The notes under the pieces were generated by a model that saw only the letters and a program-made list of their open reading frames with translations, did no database searches and was not told where the DNA came from. Shown in pieces: positions 61,763 through 64,000 of a stretch of 64,000 nt of DNA. The first letter of the stretch is position 1. The number at the start of each line of letters is the position of its first letter. This DNA is from Phoronis australis (lineage: Eukaryota > Animalia > Phoronida): assembly GCA_002633005.1 (NCBI GenBank), contig NMRA01000109.1, forward strand, positions 148,971 to 212,970, given 5' to 3'. A program made the translations under genes and the position numbers.

Positions 61763-61934
61763 TGGAGCCTGTCAAAACTACACTCGCGATAAAAGACATT
61801 GATTGGGATGATGATATGCTCAACCCTATGTCGATTGTGTACCAGGAGACGGCAGAAAGGATAGAAGAGAACATCGCTAAAATCATGGAATCTGCAAATG
61901 TTGAATCGTTTGAAATTACTGTCAACAAACTAAG
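61763..61934 (+). CDS. Exon encoding the N-terminal half of a SEA domain
   Basis: ttcttggtttag|TGGAG...AAACTAAG|gtagtg. Reads xEPVKTTLAIKDIDWDDDMLNPMSIVYQETAERIEENIAKIMESANVESFEITVNKL(R/S), fitting the SEA pattern I..+.W..DL.NP.S..Y......I...+. It starts in phase 1 and ends in phase 2 just before where the xGS-hydrophobic strand is expected. Confidence 0.82.
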
Positions 61935-64000
61935 GTAGTGTGTTGAAAATGTATGCTGAAGAGAAACGGTAACCTACATGAAAAGTAAATAATTCAAGTT
62001 AGTCAGTAAATTTCTGTGGCTGATAGCAAACGGGCGATGTTTCTGTGTTGTGGTTATTAAATGTGTCTGGGGAACTTCCCACTCTTAACTATAAAACTTC
62101 TAAGGAGCTCTTGTCTTTGAATTACAGTTCAAAATCAAATTTACTACTCAACTTTTCGGAACTTTGAAACCATGTGATGTCCTCCGAAAGCATTATTGAT
62201 TTAAACTTAAAATACAAGGACATTATTGGAAAGCTTCTAGTCAATGAGACGTCATACAAAACAGTGGCATCGCTCAGCTGAACACCATAACAAATGCAAT
62301 TGCAAATGATTCAATATTTTTGAAATAGCCTTCTTCATTGAGGGAATACTGTTTTAAATACTTCCAATCACGAGCTCAGAGTAACAATTTTTAATGAGTG
62401 TTTAGAGCCCTTAGTGCAAAGTTTATCATCCACACTGCCATAATATATAGTTGTTCAAGTACTGGCAAAAACAAGCAAATACCCGTGACCTAAGGTTTGT
62501 ATATTTTCACCTTGTTTACCATTAACCATTAACCAACTCAGCTGTTGGTCACAACTATGGGGAACTAATTTTAAACCAGAAAAAGCATTGACCAAATATA
62601 ATAACCCTTTCTCGATTATAGACTCATTCTATGACCTTAAACTTAATGATGAAATCTTTCCTAGAAAACAATCCCCACACATCTTGTTAAACTGTTAGAT
62701 GGAGAATTTTCGTTCACAAATCACGTTCGGGATCTCGAACAAAAAATCAGAAACAATTATAATACACTCAAGATTGACTGTGATCATCTGAATTCTACAT
62801 ATTTAGAAGTCCTGTTGAAATCTTTTATACTTCCACACATCGATTACTGTGATATTACGTATGAGTCTGCCAACACTGGTGTATTCCAGCTTTTGAGAAA
62901 TCACACTATCAAGCTGCCTTACTCATAATTGGAGCGTGCAGGGGATCCAAAACACCGTATTCACGCAGTCGTCATTTTAAAAATGACCCTGTTTTTAGGT
63001 TTTGAAAATAATGTATTTTGCGCTTAAATGCAGCGCAAAGTGTGATTTTTTTCGCATGCCTCGTTATATTCGTATCTCAAATGCATTGCTTTTAAGCGTA
63101 AGATAGGCTTTCTACTAGCATGGTAACTGCTAGCCTTGGTACAAAGCTGTATACTAAATATACAGCTTTGCGTTGATGTGGGGAAACATGACCAGGTAAC
63201 ATAGACACAAATAAGATAGTGTCATTAAAAACTACACACTTATTTGAGTAAACAAAGCTATATTATGGTTTTGGAAAATTGGCGTTCTACCGTTTTCCTG
63301 CTACTAAATTTTTGGAGTGATCTTCTGCATGGCTTTCGGCACCATGAAATATTGCGTCACCTGTTGGCCAGTTTCCTTTTTCGCCGATTCTTCAATCAAC
63401 TGTTTTTCTTTCACGAGGTTGCGTACACGTCACAACAAATTATCGGAAATGGGTTAACTGCATTATAAGTTTTTAGAATTTTGATACCGAAAAATCGTAT
63501 TTCAGAAGAATTTTTGCTGCTGCCAAGCTATCATTACCTCTCAAGAGGTGTCGCAACATTTAGGAAATGGCGCGTGCATGTGTCACTAGTGTACTGTTTT
63601 CAATACGACGACATCACTTTTCTTTGTTAGAAAATGCGGAGGATTACGCAAGAAAATGACGTTTATTAGATTTTTTCCACCTAAACGGGCAAGGTGAGTG
63701 CCAATTGATTCCCAGATTTTGCATGCACCCCGTCCGGTCTTTAGCACTACATGTTGATACAGGTATCACGGCTCGTTGACGAACAGAACTACACCGGCTA
63801 TGTGCAATTTAGGGGTCTACGGAAGAAAAATCCACTGTGGTATTTAGCTGTATTTTACGATAGTCTTCATACAACTAGCTGGCTGGCTAGGCAACTGCAT
63901 GAATAAGGCCTATAACGTTAAGGTTTTGAATAGTCTCAAGTGGCCCAATCTGTCTACTCGACGCAATCTTCACCTGGCCACATTCTATTTCAAAAGTACT

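Noticed and set aside
63631-63693. 63-nt exon-like segment open in phase 2 after the SEA exon
   Set aside because: Its translation (KCGGLRKKMTFIRFF...) lacks the expected xGS-hydrophobic SEA strand. The second SEA exon probably lies beyond the window.

Overview
AT-rich eukaryotic (animal) genomic DNA. It is probably a marine invertebrate, but that is an impression from repeat content, not an identification. Most of the window appears to be the introns of one + strand gene that the ORF track misses. That gene consists of about 12 symmetric phase-1 micro-exons (12-24 nt, all multiples of 3, encoding G-T-Q-K-G-type peptides), a 153-nt Gly/Asp/Glu-rich exon and an exon encoding the N-terminal half of a SEA domain. 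Its start and end were not found in the window. Many micro-exons sit in mutually homologous intronic cassettes, some have decayed into pseudo-exons, and one was duplicated by an apparent unequal crossover between two Mutator-like MITEs (2.36-kb tandem duplication). The introns are filled with transposons: an intact RTE-X-like LINE and a decayed relative, three Ty3/Gypsy remnants, a BEL/Pao integrase fragment, CR1/L2 fragments, Kolobok derivatives (a KolX/P2X7-ballast-like pseudogene and a THAP foldback element) and several MITEs. All exon calls come from reading splice signals by eye and need RNA evidence.
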